Source: Cyanidioschyzon merolae (taxonomy: Eukaryota). Taken from it: a stretch of 64,000 bases of DNA. The stretch is taken from the NCBI GenBank assembly GCA_000091205.1, contig AP006499.2. One strand, given 5' to 3'. How positions within the stretch are numbered: the stretch's first letter is position 1; each line of letters opens with the position of its first letter. Shown here one piece after another: positions 31,242 to 43,124 of the stretch. The notes beneath the pieces were generated by a model. It made no database searches and was not told where the DNA came from. It worked only from the letters and a program-made list of their open reading frames with translations. The position numbers and the translations under genes were made by a program.

Positions 31242-34200
31242 ATGTCAGGAGTGGAACTCCCAGAAGCAGAGACGAGGTCAGTTCTTTCCGATGCGATTCA
31301 AGTGGCGGTTCGTGTTCGTCCTATTCTTCCGAAAGAAGCAGAGACTAGGGGTGCGGCTGAGACCTGGCGCGCTGTACCTCACGCAGGTCAAGTGATCCGC
31401 GTTGGCCGGCTTCCCACGGGTGCCGGAGGCACGACGACCTGCCCGACTGTCTTCTCGTATGATTTCGTGTTCGGTAAGGAGTCCACCAACGTAGAAGTCT
31501 ACGAAAAGGTGGCGAGGCCTCTGGTTGAAAGCGCTCTAGTTGGTTACAATGGCACCGTCTTTGCCTATGGGCAGACGTCTTCCGGGAAAACGCACACCAT
31601 GTGGGGCAGCGAGGCGGATCCCGGTGTCATGCGTCGGGCTGTACGTGACCTCTTCGAGCTTGCGCGCCGAACGCCTCAGCGAGAGTTCCTCATTCGGGTG
31701 TCTTACCTGGAGATCTACAACGAGACTATCAGAGATCTGCTGCATTCGAACCCAGCCGTGACCAATGTCCGGGTTCTTGAGGATAGCGATGGTCGCATCT
31801 GCACCGATGCGCGAGAGGAAATCGTTGTCACTGCTGAGCAAGTCTGTGAGTTGCTCAAGAATGGCGAGGCGAAGCGTATGACCGGAGCAACGGACATGAA
31901 TGAGCGAAGTTCTCGCTCGCACACGATCCTGACACTAGTGATTGAGAGCAGGGAGCGCGCTGCGGAAGACTCAACCTCTGGGGATGCCGAAGACTCGTCA
32001 TCCGCGAGCGATTCCGCTGTGCGAACCGCAACGCTCACACTCGTCGACCTGGCCGGATCAGAGCGCCAGAAGGACGCCAAGTCCGAAGGTTTACGTTTGA
32101 AGGAGGGTGGCTACATCAACAAATCCTTGTTGACATTGGGCACTGTCATTCACAAGCTCTCGGAGGGAGGCAGTGCCCATGTACCTTATCGCGATTCGAA
32201 ACTCACGCGAATGCTGCAGAGCTCCCTCGGTGGCAACTCTCGAACCGCGGTTATCTGCGCAATTACGCCGGCTGCAGCGCACGCTGAGGAGACGCTGTCG
32301 ACCCTCAAATTCGCAACACGAGCCAAGAGTGTGCAAAACCGTGCCCAGCAGAACGAGGTGCTCGATGATCGAGCCCTGTTGAAACGTTACCAACAGGAGA
32401 TCGCCAGTCTGCGTGCACAGCTAGCGAAACTGCAACAGGGAGATCTAAGCAAACAAGGATGCCCAAACGACTTTGTTCGTGCTCTTGAGCAGAACGCTGC
32501 AGAAGCGGAACGCGAGCGTGAGCGTATCCGTTCTCAGCTAGAGGAAGCGGAGAACAGGCGTCGCCTCTACGAGGAGAAACTGGAGCGCTTGACGCGTTTG
32601 ATATTGAACTCGCCAGCTCCTGCGCCGAAGGTGCGGTCGCGGGTCTCCGTGTCGACGGCGTCCTTGTCGAGTCCTCACTCGGACACGAACGAAAACAAGG
32701 ACGTGGCTTCGCCCGGCGCGTTTGCTTACGAGCCTCGAACACCGCCAGCTGCTGAACCACAGCTTGATCAGCGCTTGACGAGAACGTTTCGAACGCTGCG
32801 ACGGCGGACGCTTGGTGGTAGCGTCGATGGCATTGGGAGCGATGCCCAAGGCTTACTTAACTCGCCCGAGAATCATATCGTGGAGCAGGTTCGAACACTT
32901 CAGCGACGAGTTGAGGCACTAGATGTGGCCCGATGGCGCGAACAGTCAGCCTCATTGAAGGCAGTCTCCTACGAACGTGAGCGTGCTGCGCAGCTGCAAC
33001 AACGTCTGCGTTCGCTCGAGTCGCAGATGCTTCGCCACACCTGCGCCGAAGTTGCCAACGAAGCGCTGCACAAAGCTGCGCTCGCAGCTGTCGATGTGCG
33101 GCTTGCTCAGATCCAGCAGTTGATGCAAAGCGAGCGGAATCGAATGCAACAGCTGCATTGTGAACTTGAACACGTTCGACAAGTCTGCGCAACCAAGCAA
33201 TCCCGACTCGAGATACTCGAACGAGAACTCGGTGAAGCGCGCAGAGAAATCGACGAACTACGCCAGCGTGAAAGAGCTGGATTTACTCAAACGCAAGCGA
33301 AGACTTTTGATCATCTACGCAATCGCGTTGCCGATCTCGAAGCGAAACTTCGTTCGCAACTCGCACTACGGCAACAAGTGGAGGCCTCGCGAGGCGGAGT
33401 CGAACGTGAACTGCGCAAATTGGAGCGCCAGAATCGAGCACTGGAAAAGGAGCTCGCCAAGCTCCGCGAACAGCGCGAACGAATCGAGCAGGCGAAGCTC
33501 ACGGTAGCGCAAGCGGAACAACTTCGCAATGCGTCAGAACAAGCGCAACGCCAAGTGCAAGCTGAGCGGGATGCGCTGCAGCGCCAGTTGAACGAACTCG
33601 AAAACGCCCACACACGCCTTCTCGCTGAGCGTGATACCTTGCTGGAGTACCGGGAGCGGCACCAGCAGGCCCTCGAGCAGCTGGAATGCGCCCAGCAGCG
33701 GATCGCGGATCTCGAAGCGCGATCTGTGCGCTCCGCTGACTGGGAAGCGCGCTGCGAATCGCTCTCCGGGCAACTCGAGGATGCCAGGCAGCGTATTGCT
33801 GCTTTGGAATCGCAGATCGAAACCAATGCCCAGGAATTGGCTTCATTACTGGACCAGGCAACAGATGCTCATCTGCAGCTAGAGGCGGTGCGATCCCAGG
33901 CTCGCGCTAGTGAGCGTTTGCAGGAACAGGTGACGGCGCAGGTGCGTGCAGAGCTGAACGCCCTGGCGGCCAGTCATGAAAAAGAGAGCGCCGAGTGGAA
34001 ACGCATGCGACTGGACACCGAGACGGAACGAGATGCGCTTCGTTCCCAGCTCGCTGACCATAAGCGTTCGCTCGAGGAGCTGCGTCTTGAATGCGCTAAG
34101 CTCGAGTCACGGGCAGCGAAGCTTCTCCAGGAAACCGCGAAGCATATCGAAGAGAAGCATCGTCTCCTCGAGACTGTGCATGCGCGCGATCGACGCATTA

Positions 34201-34769
34201 CCGACCTTGAAAGTCGCCTCCGCGAGTGTGTCGAAGGAGGTGGTCGCTATGCGCGTCTCTGTCGACTTGTTGAAAAGCGCGAAGCAGAGCTGACTCGCGC
34301 CCGCGAAACTCTGCGGCTGCTGGAGGAGCGTCTTGTCGCCGAAGGGCGCTCTGCAGAGTTCTGTGACCTCCATGCGAGTGCGCAGCATGAGGCCGAGCGC
34401 TTGAGCTTTGAGAAGGAGCTTGCTCGCTCCAAAGAAAAAAGCGACAAGATGCAGCAAGAACGACAACAGCTGTTACTCGAGAACAGCAAATTGCGTGACG
34501 TAGTCAAGCACAAGGACCGACAGCTTCTGAGTCTGCAGGCTAAGCTGAAGCACGCCGAGGCAACCATCTTGTCGCAGCGCGGCAATGCGAGTCTTCCTGA
34601 ACAGGGCACCGTCTCAGACATTTCCATGGGGGCAGGTGCCGCTCCTGCATGTGTAACTCAAAGTGCTCCTGGCGCTCAAGATTCCAATAACAAGGAGAAT
34701 TTGGGATGCGAACAGGATTCGGAACGTGCTGCTGCTCAGCTGTTCGGATCGCTCGACGACAACAAGTAG
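31242..34769 (+). CDS. Kinesin motor protein with N-terminal motor and ~800-aa coiled-coil tail (kinesin-7/CENP-E-like)
   Basis: GQTSSGKTHTM P-loop, SSRSH switch I and LVDLAGSE switch II. The motor region is similar to CENP-E (FAYGQTxSGKT...), followed by a long heptad-rich tail. The ATG at 31242 is confirmed. Confidence 0.85.
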   Translation: MSGVELPEAETRSVLSDAIQVAVRVRPILPKEAETRGAAETWRAVPHAGQVIRVGRLPTGAGGTTTCPTVFSYDFVFGKESTNVEVYEKVARPLVESALVGYNGTVFAYGQTSSGKTHTMWGSEADPGVMRRAVRDLFELARRTPQREFLIRVSYLEIYNETIRDLLHSNPAVTNVRVLEDSDGRICTDAREEIVVTAEQVCELLKNGEAKRMTGATDMNERSSRSHTILTLVIESRERAAEDSTSGDAEDSSSASDSAVRTATLTLVDLAGSERQKDAKSEGLRLKEGGYINKSLLTLGTVIHKLSEGGSAHVPYRDSKLTRMLQSSLGGNSRTAVICAITPAAAHAEETLSTLKFATRAKSVQNRAQQNEVLDDRALLKRYQQEIASLRAQLAKLQQGDLSKQGCPNDFVRALEQNAAEAERERERIRSQLEEAENRRRLYEEKLERLTRLILNSPAPAPKVRSRVSVSTASLSSPHSDTNENKDVASPGAFAYEPRTPPAAEPQLDQRLTRTFRTLRRRTLGGSVDGIGSDAQGLLNSPENHIVEQVRTLQRRVEALDVARWREQSASLKAVSYERERAAQLQQRLRSLESQMLRHTCAEVANEALHKAALAAVDVRLAQIQQLMQSERNRMQQLHCELEHVRQVCATKQSRLEILERELGEARREIDELRQRERAGFTQTQAKTFDHLRNRVADLEAKLRSQLALRQQVEASRGGVERELRKLERQNRALEKELAKLREQRERIEQAKLTVAQAEQLRNASEQAQRQVQAERDALQRQLNELENAHTRLLAERDTLLEYRERHQQALEQLECAQQRIADLEARSVRSADWEARCESLSGQLEDARQRIAALESQIETNAQELASLLDQATDAHLQLEAVRSQARASERLQEQVTAQVRAELNALAASHEKESAEWKRMRLDTETERDALRSQLADHKRSLEELRLECAKLESRAAKLLQETAKHIEEKHRLLETVHARDRRITDLESRLRECVEGGGRYARLCRLVEKREAELTRARETLRLLEERLVAEGRSAEFCDLHASAQHEAERLSFEKELARSKEKSDKMQQERQQLLLENSKLRDVVKHKDRQLLSLQAKLKHAEATILSQRGNASLPEQGTVSDISMGAGAAPACVTQSAPGAQDSNNKENLGCEQDSERAAAQLFGSLDDNK

Positions 34770-37700
34770 TCGCACAGGGCGATGCGAATGACGTTATCAG
34801 TTTTGACCTATATTCTCTATTCCATCGCTGAAAGCTATAAGAGATGTGTTCAGCAGAGGCGAGTCTACCTTCGACCTGGTCTCATTGAAAAGGCTGCGCT
34901 AGACGCTGTCACGTCGAATTGCTGGACACCTGCATCGTGTAGACATCGCCCAGCAAACTCATTCCCAGCGCATATAAACATATTTATGTATACGGCGTTC
35001 CGGCTTTGCTGACCTGTTCATCGTTCCACACCAGTGTCGTGCTCCAGCCAAGAATCCCATGCCGCCTGTGATGCCCGCTGATTGCTTCATCGCATTTCTT
35101 CACCCTGTTCGCACAACGCTGACGCCGAGTCGCCAAAGGACACTTCACTTGGACGCTTGCCTGGGCACGTAGCCGCTGGTCGTTCCGGAAGTCTGAGCCA
35201 TCTCCGGACGCTGATCCAAGTTTTGCAGTCTCAATGCGGAAAGTGTCTGCACGCGTGTTTGCTGGTGGCATCAAACCACAGAAAGCCTCGCGCCTGCGAT
35301 GGCCTCAGGATCTACGGTTGGTCAGCTCTTCGGAAAGCTTTTTGTGTGTCCGTCTTTAGTTCACGCTTGTCTTCGCTGCCTGGTTCACCGAGGAACGTTC
35401 TCTTGTTGCGTATGCGTTGAACTGGAGTCTTGGATGGGCTTGGTACAGCATGGATTCCTGCACGCGTTCAATGCTCTAGTCGGATGAGCAGGTGCGCAGC
35501 TTTTTCGCGCTACAGCTCGTATGGCGCCTTGGGCCTCCACCATCAAACGGAGCAAATCGTTGGTCATTGCCTTGTCAAACTCATTGAACTATTCCGCGAA
35601 TGCATGCTTCGTGCCGCCTCACAAGGGGAAGCGCTGCCGACCCCAGCGGGGTCTCTGGTATCCCTGCCAAGGAGCGTCCGCGTGAGCCGTTTGGACGCTC
35701 AGGTACGCAGTGCATGAAGCGTCCAAAGCGTCCTCCTCCACGTCAGCTGAGTACGGTACTCGGAGTGGCGAGGCGCCCGTCGCGACACCGTCGTTGCGCT
35801 CGTGCGTTTACCTCCTGGCGTCTATGATGTCTGACGCTCGTCAACATCGAGCAGCAGAAGACTTGAACAGCTTCATCTGCATGCATATTAGGTATAGGGC
35901 TCCGTCCTGTTGATATACATGCACGATGACGGCAGTGATGTGCTTCAAGCTGGATTCACGCTCACAACAAAGTCTGTTTCTTCTCCTACCTTGAATGGTT
36001 GGGAATTCGTCTCGTTACGCAGCTTGGATCCGGGTTCCACAAAGTACATGCAGATTGGTATGGCGTCGGTCTGCATCGCTCCGGTGAACTTTTTTTCAGC
36101 TGCTCCCTGTCATGGAGACAACGTAGGATGAGCTCGCCCGATGCTCTTCGCGAATCGGTTCGAGGGTTTCACAGCTGGTCGCCCCAGACCAGGTTCTTCT
36201 GCAATGCGTAACGTACGAGGCCGAGTTGCATCCATGTGACCGCCATATTCTACATCCGTTTTTTGACGTCGGGATTCAGACGCACTGGGTGGACGGTCAG
36301 ACTACAGCTCGCCATTTCGATGTATCCGTCAATAGTTCCTGGGGTGCCTGTTTGTCGCCATGTCCGTCGCGAGGACGCCGACGGCGTGAAGCGTGCCTCA
36401 CCGCTCCCTCCTGCGCATGAGCCGAGAAGCAACGCAGCAGTTCAGATCTGGAAAAGGTAGCAGAGAGCGTCTTGTCGAAGAACATCGCTAGTACGGATGC
36501 AAACGACGTGTCTGTTGATCCGAGAGTGTAGAAACCGCGATTTTCCGCAGAGAACACGCTTCGGCCTGGATTAAATCGGAGACAATGGACAGCCGTGGAG
36601 AGCTGCTTACGCCTCGACGGATGTCCACTGATGGAAAGCGCCGTTACCTAGCACCAGGACATGAACCTGTGCAGGACAAGCCATAGAGTGCTTCGACGAT
36701 GCATGGGGTGCTGAACAATCCTGTCCGTCTGGTGCATTGTGGGTGGACATTTTATTCAATTGCCACCAGGGTTGACGTGGTCGTCATTCGCGAATGACGC
36801 TTTTTTACATACATCGGTTTGCCCGTCTTTGAGCCCAATGTAAAAACGCCCACCATTTCTCCTGAATCAAATCTCATCGAGGGAGGCGATCACCCGTCGG
36901 GCCGGTTATACGTATTCGCGTTTCACTAGGAAATCGGTAGCGTGTTGTGAAACGCGCGATGGTCACTTTTAGAAGCGTGCTCGCTCTTCTTTGTCCATCC
37001 GTATCTCTCGAACGCCGTTCGTAGCACGGGTACGGAATCTTCACACCCTGCGGCTCCCTTGATCATGTTTCGTTGAGAACATATCGGTGAAATGGAATGC
37101 TTGGGAGACAGTTGTGTGAACAGAGTTTGATATGCTTTGTTCTGGGTGCATCTGGTTCAGGATAAGGACGAGGTGGCGTCCTGACCTGTGCATTTGCTGA
37201 CCGTACAGTAACTGACGCGCACGTGCAATGCCGTATTCAGCGCGTCACCTGTGACGGTATCGAGTCTCCTCATGACCTTTTTCTAACCTTCGGAGCACAT
37301 TCCATTTGCTGAATACCTACGAGAACAGAAACATATCAAAAACAGGTGCGCCTACTCAGGTACTCCGTAATGCATTGCCCTGAACTAACCCAAGCATGTC
37401 CAATGCAGAACATGCGACAGCGACAAGTACCATGGCCTCTGCTGCGAGCAAGCAGGTGCGCGAGATTCGATCCAGTGTTTACCGCCCGTCTAGGCGAGGT
37501 CCCGGTTGCAGTGGTACGCTTGTCGACTCTGTGGATCGCTCTGCGAAGCGAGGAGTGTGGCGAGCCACCAAGCGTCTCGCGCTTGCTGGTCGTCCAGGTT
37601 GCGCACGGTGCTGCTCACGACCGGTCGACCCGCGCTGAGGTCGGTTGGTACGCGCGACGACGACGACGACGACGACGTGCGGTGGCGAAGCATTGCCTTG

Positions 37701-38004
37701 CGTCCGGGACACCTGTGGCGTCCCCGATACGCTCGAGTGCCTGATCAAACCGGTGACGTCGGTATGCTGTTGGTGGCGGCGTGGAAAGCGCGTCTGTTGG
37801 ACTGACGAGTGTCTCGCGTTCGTTAGAATAGAGGTGTCGCTGCAGAGCGGTTGCGGACGGGGTTTCTTAAACGCCGCGTTCCGTCTCGTTCCGAGGCTGT
37901 CGCCACCGCTACCTGATGCACGAAAGACGCGCGTTTGGCAAAAACAGACGTTCAGAGTCTCTCGTGCTAGCCGCTACACCATGGGTCCTTTATAATTGTG
38001 TGAA

Positions 38005-38050
38005 TCCATGCACGATTTAAGGACCCATCGGGAATCGAACCCGAGTCTAG
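38005..38050 (-). other. tRNA-like fragment: Pol III B-box/T-arm (GGTTCGATTCC) followed by an 8-bp hairpin, but no complete cloverleaf
   Basis: The minus strand reads ...ctcGGGTTCGATTCCCgatgggtcc..., then 32 nt, then ggacccat. No complementary 5' acceptor arm or anticodon arm was found upstream. Confidence 0.2.
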
Positions 38051-39099
38051 AGATCTCTCGCTGCACAGGAAAAACACGTCTGGAATTGATATATAAAGCG
38101 TTGTACATCAGGGCAACGGCGAGGCAAATACGCGCTGTGGTGCTGGGCGCTGCTGCTCGAACGCATACCAGGTGTCGTGTCCGTTTAGTACAGTTTCGCG
38201 CCTGCCCCCGCGAGCGATTGCCCTGCCGCTCGCAATGTAACGTTTCGAGTCCGTAGCTGGGCACAGCGCGCACAGGGAGCTCTGCTGGTGCTGTCGGCTC
38301 ATGCAGCACCAGCGAAAGCAACGACAGTAGCACCGAGGACATGACTGAACGAGGGCGTGGTCGAGGGCGCATCCGCGTTCCCAATGCGGGATCCGTACGA
38401 CGTTCACTTGTACCTGTGTGCGCTGACGGCTGCTGTGGTACCGCTGGCGGGTACACCACTGAATAAGCTCTGGTGTGCAGCCTCGGTATTACGGGGGTTT
38501 AAGAAATGTGCTATTTTTGGTGCAAGCTTTAGACACAGAAGGCACTCGAAAATAAACGGGCTGGGCGAACAATCCGTGCTTTCGGTGTCCTGCGTCGTTC
38601 AGGCTGTGTCTGATCCACCGTGAGGTGCCCTAGACCAGAACGCACGCTTCGCTGCTCTCTCTACACCTGCTTGGTCTTTCGTCGAGCGTCGACCAGACCC
38701 AGCGCTGCGAGTGCGACTTGCATTCGACACGGTATCGCGAGCGAGTGCAGGACACAGATGCGGCACGCCGTACCAGGCGATGGCGGCTGGCAGGGCTCCA
38801 GCACCTCAAGGTGCACTCTCTCTAACTACGCGCCACCTGTTGAAGCGAACCCCGGACGATAATACGCGTAGGCAGCGTGGTCGTCACTGTGGATTCGTCG
38901 CAACCAGGTAGCGTTGGCGATGTATGCCCAGGACGCACGTCAGGTCCCAATGTTGCTCGTCATTCCGTTTAGAGAGCCTATACGCCTGCGCCCTAGTCGG
39001 CGGACTTGACGAGCGCCCCAAAACCCTAGCTGTGTGACGGCGATATCCAGTTAGGTGCCTCTGCGACGCGGGACAGAGGCAATCTCCGAATAAAGCTGC

Positions 39100-40884
39100 C
39101 TAGAATTTGGAGATATCTCTTCCGAGCACTCGAGTTTTCACAAAGTCTATCATCACTAGGAACCGCGATCGCCAGCTAAACAAATGCAATAGCGAGTAGC
39201 CATACCAAAGCCAGAACGCAACATTGCCATACAGCGGGTCCATAAAGGGAAATTGCAAGACCGAGACACTATTCCCAAGATAGGCGGCAGCTCCTAGGTT
39301 TCTCCACTCAAAAGGTGGATACAGGCCCGCTTCTAATTCATCAAAACCTGCCGGCCAACACCGAAATCGCTCATTCAAGAGTCGACCGAGGTAGCGACCC
39401 TGTTGGAAGGCAACTTGCGCGGTCGGTGGCAGTGCGGTGCTGTGTTCGTCGACCTTGACAAGCCACTTCTGGAACTGTTCCCGATTAATTGAGGACTGCC
39501 CTTCGTGGAAATCCGGCTCAATCATCGAAACAAATTCTGCAAGCTGTGGATACTCATCACGAACGATGCGAATAAAACGTAAAAACTCGTAGACATGAAT
39601 CCTCCCGTCGCCATCAATGTCAGCCAATTGAAAGAGCTTGTCCAGGTGGCTCTGCGTCGCAGCGCTCTGCAGGGTACTACAATCTCCGGCAGCGTAGAGT
39701 GCTCGATGCGGATCGCCAACCACTCCGAGGTGGTGGTTCACGACCAGCGCATAGCGATTCGACTGAGCCTGCGCTCCGAGACGTTCCGCTACACGTCGAA
39801 TGAGCGGATGCATCGCGAGACCCGCCGTCCAGATACAGACCCCGAACGCGAGCGTCTGTGCTTCCTGGGAAAACTTGTCCATCACCGTGAGCGCATCCGA
39901 GGTAACCTCAACTACTCGATGATTCAGCAGGAGCTGAATCCCATCGCGTCGAAACTTTTCAGTGGCGTATTCTGCGATTCGCTTCTCGAAGCCGTTCAGA
40001 ACCGTAGCACCGGACTGCACGATCGTTACGCAAACATCATCGAGGAGCGAGCGAGGGAAGAGCCTACGAGCGTCCTCGTGGAGAAAATCGTGCAACTCGG
40101 CTGCGATTTCACAACCCGATGGACCAGCTCCTACAACAACGAACTGAAGGAGGCGGTGCCGCTCTTCGGCGCTCGTGGACGGTTCGGCGGCTCCTTCGAG
40201 TGCGTCATTCAATGCGCTTCGTATGGCACGAGCATCCTCCGCGCTGCGAAGTGCGTGACAACAGCTGCGTACGGCGGGAAACCCACCGTCATTGGTGCCG
40301 GACCCCACAGCTAGCACTGCAACGTCGTACGGGACGGAAAAGCGCGCCCCGCCGTGCACCGCACTGCAGTGGACCTGTTTGGTGAGAGGGTCCACATCCT
40401 CGACGCGTGCATTGATGAAGGACCACTCGGTTGCGGGCACAGCTTGGCCGCTTTCCGTGAGCAGTTGCGGCCAGTGCCACCACCGCCGCTGGAGACGTGC
40501 CAGCAACTCCCGGGCCGGGACAACGATAGAGCGCAGCTCGACCGATCCAACACTCGCCGAGGGTAGCAGCGGCGTGTACACAAAGTGGTTCCGGTCCGAA
40601 ATCAATACGACATCGCAGAGGCGCGGATCTAGCGAGCGCAGCAACGCGTGGCTCGCCCAGCCGGTCCCGCACACGACCAGCCGAGGTCGGGCGCTGGGAC
40701 GCAACGACGGCGGCCCCGCAGGTTGCGGCGGGTTCAACACCTGAACCGACCGATACCCGAGCCACAGCGCCGTGCCAGCCCCAATGGTGTAGAGGCCTAG
40801 CCGCACGGCGTGCAGCATCCTCGTGAAACGCACCAAACGGGGTGTATTGGCGAGCGTTGCAGCAGCGCGATGAGACGGATGCAT
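39100..40884 (-). CDS. Type II NAD(P)H dehydrogenase (alternative NADH:quinone oxidoreductase, NDB-type) with EF-hand, mitochondrial
   Basis: Two dinucleotide-binding motifs (VVCGTGWASHALL and VVVGAGPSGCEIAAEL) and an EF-hand DIDGDGRIHVYEF. The track start at 40932 is TTG; in-frame ATGs lie at 40882-40884 and 40816-40818. The N-terminus looks like a presequence. Confidence 0.8.
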   Translation of the reverse strand: MHPSHRAAATLANTPRLVRFTRMLHAVRLGLYTIGAGTALWLGYRSVQVLNPPQPAGPPSLRPSARPRLVVCGTGWASHALLRSLDPRLCDVVLISDRNHFVYTPLLPSASVGSVELRSIVVPARELLARLQRRWWHWPQLLTESGQAVPATEWSFINARVEDVDPLTKQVHCSAVHGGARFSVPYDVAVLAVGSGTNDGGFPAVRSCCHALRSAEDARAIRSALNDALEGAAEPSTSAEERHRLLQFVVVGAGPSGCEIAAELHDFLHEDARRLFPRSLLDDVCVTIVQSGATVLNGFEKRIAEYATEKFRRDGIQLLLNHRVVEVTSDALTVMDKFSQEAQTLAFGVCIWTAGLAMHPLIRRVAERLGAQAQSNRYALVVNHHLGVVGDPHRALYAAGDCSTLQSAATQSHLDKLFQLADIDGDGRIHVYEFLRFIRIVRDEYPQLAEFVSMIEPDFHEGQSSINREQFQKWLVKVDEHSTALPPTAQVAFQQGRYLGRLLNERFRCWPAGFDELEAGLYPPFEWRNLGAAAYLGNSVSVLQFPFMDPLYGNVAFWLWYGYSLLHLFSWRSRFLVMIDFVKTRVLGRDISKF

Positions 40885-43124
40885 ATTCGAAGGCCTTTTC
40901 GTGGCGTTCGCGTACCGGCAACGTCGCTGCAACGATGTCTATAAACATACTATCATATACAGGTTTCCAGTGGTGTGAGCTTTCTGGCGCGCGACACGCA
41001 GGCGCGTGCCCCATGCCACCCCGGGGCACCGCGGGTAGCAATGCCCCTCAGGGTGCGGTGCGCCCGGAAGTTCTGTTCCGGTTTCTTTCATGATTCCGGA
41101 TTGACACAGCCGAAAAGACTGTACTGGATGCGTGATTGTTCCTTGAAAACAGGGAAACGCCTCCGGTCCCCGCGCAGAGGCTTTCACGGTCCATTAGCAC
41201 CAGGTCAGCGCATCATTCAGGAACTCGGGATGGAGGCGGCCCTGCTTGATTGCCCAGGGAACTGATTTCGTGAAGCTGGTCTCGATATATCACGCGGCTC
41301 TGGCTCAAGACTGAGGTTGTTCTCAGAACCGGGCTTTATATCTCGCCTCAATACGAACACGTGAATCGTTGGACGGAAGGGTTTCGAATACGCGCTGCGA
41401 AAAGGCATCCTGCGCGGCTGTTACCATACTCATGCACCAAGGCAGCCGCATACGCAACCTGTAGGTAGGTGCGTATTCCGCGCACGCTACTGGACGACGG
41501 TACGAGGCCAAGGACTGTAAGCTGCTGGGGCGCGCGCGCGCGCCTACGCGAATGAGAAGACGACGTCGAGGGGAGACGGCTCTGCGCGATGAGCGACCCA
41601 TGACCGAGGCCCTTGGCATATTTCGCACCAAAACTGAGACAACAGCGCCTGCCGGATACGCCTGCCTTGGTTCCGTATCAGATAAAAATTGAAAACGGAA
41701 TTGATCGTTTCATTCCTGTAAATCGATTCTATGTACCGAAAATGTTTAGTTCGACAACGTCCACATTCGAACTGCAGCGATTCAGGCTTACGGCATCATG
41801 CGTAGTATAGGGATTCGCGGTCGTCGAATTTGGGGTGGCTCCTCCGACTTTTTGCCGCTGGGATTCGTTTCGGTACCGGAATCAAGATGAATCGCAACGC
41901 ACGTCAACTATGCTTCGTAGAATGGCGGGTATCATGATCCAATTCATATGAATAAGCACCCAGGCTTCAGCTCTCCTTACGCGCAGCGGGCTCAACGCTC
42001 GTGTGCTTCGAGGCAGCCATCTTTCTCTTCCAGGGCAGCGTGTGTAGGCTCAGCGATTCGCGCTGCTAGATTGACGATAAAACGCAGTCTACGTCGTCAA
42101 TCTAGGACTTGTTTTCTGGTATGGATTTTTCTTCCTATACTAGTGTCATCATGAACAACATCACGCGCCACAGATCCTCTGTCGAATGGAACGGTGAGCG
42201 CCTGCTCGTGCAGCCAACAGCGTACCCCCCGATGGAATCGACCGGAACGAGCTCGTGATTGCAGGGCACGGCACTGGGCGCAGAAACCGAGCATGGCATC
42301 TATCAAAGCCTCATCTACCCGCCAAAAAAACATGTACCAAGCGATGAAGCAAGCTTTCTGGCGCCACATGGCGGAACGCATAAGATGGTTGTGGTTGACC
42401 TGCGGGAATCCTTGACCAAAACCGAGTGTCACAAAATGCGCATGGCGCACCCCGGGCAATACGCACAGGACATGCAAATGGCAAGCGAATCGCAACCACC
42501 GCCTGTGCATCAAATTCGTCCACAAGCTGCTAGAAGCGACGAAATCCGCACCCTCTACGCTGCTAGCAACATTCTTCGACTGTTGACAATGGAGCTTCAA
42601 GGAACAGGCAGTCTGGTTCATCGCAAGCCGAAAACAGAAGAGAGGAAAAGTATTCAGTCTCAGAAAAATTCCGCAAAAGACTGATGTTGATGGTAGCGGA
42701 AAACACCCAAACTGTAGTGTGGGTGTGTGGACGCCCCAGTTCGCATCGAAGATGCGTTCCATCGCTTCCCCACCACGGGGGGGCACGGAGCGCGCGCCCT
42801 TGCACCCGATCGCGACACGCTGAGGGCACGTTCAGGTCGAGACTGGATGACCTCTCGTGTCTCATTTTACGTGTGCAACGTCGAGGCTCGCGATCGCAAC
42901 AGTCACCATCAACGCCGCAGCGCTGCGCACGGATGAGAGGCGGCGCTCCCTCGCATTGTGCATCATTTTGCCAGCGCTGGCGTCTGTATGGTGGACGCTT
43001 ACGCTCTGGAATAGAACTCACGAGTACCTCTAACGGACCCAGGAGCTGGTGCGCCCGTCCAGAACTGTTCGACAGGTGAGTGGAACGAGTCCCTGGACGA
43101 GGGAGCAGCAGCCTTCTTGTGCTT

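Noticed and set aside
30652-31395. Track ORF 30652-31395 extending the Fanzor-like C-terminus into the kinesin gene
   Set aside because: The homologous copy-B ORF terminates 13 codons after the NAAINI motif. Copy A lacks that stop and simply reads through the element boundary (~31212) into the kinesin 5' region in another frame. Only 30640 to ~31033 is credited as Fanzor-derived.
37981-38060. A bona fide tRNA gene
   Set aside because: Only the T-arm/B-box and a 3' acceptor-like strand are present. No 5' acceptor strand, D-arm or anticodon arm could be folded from the upstream 80 nt.
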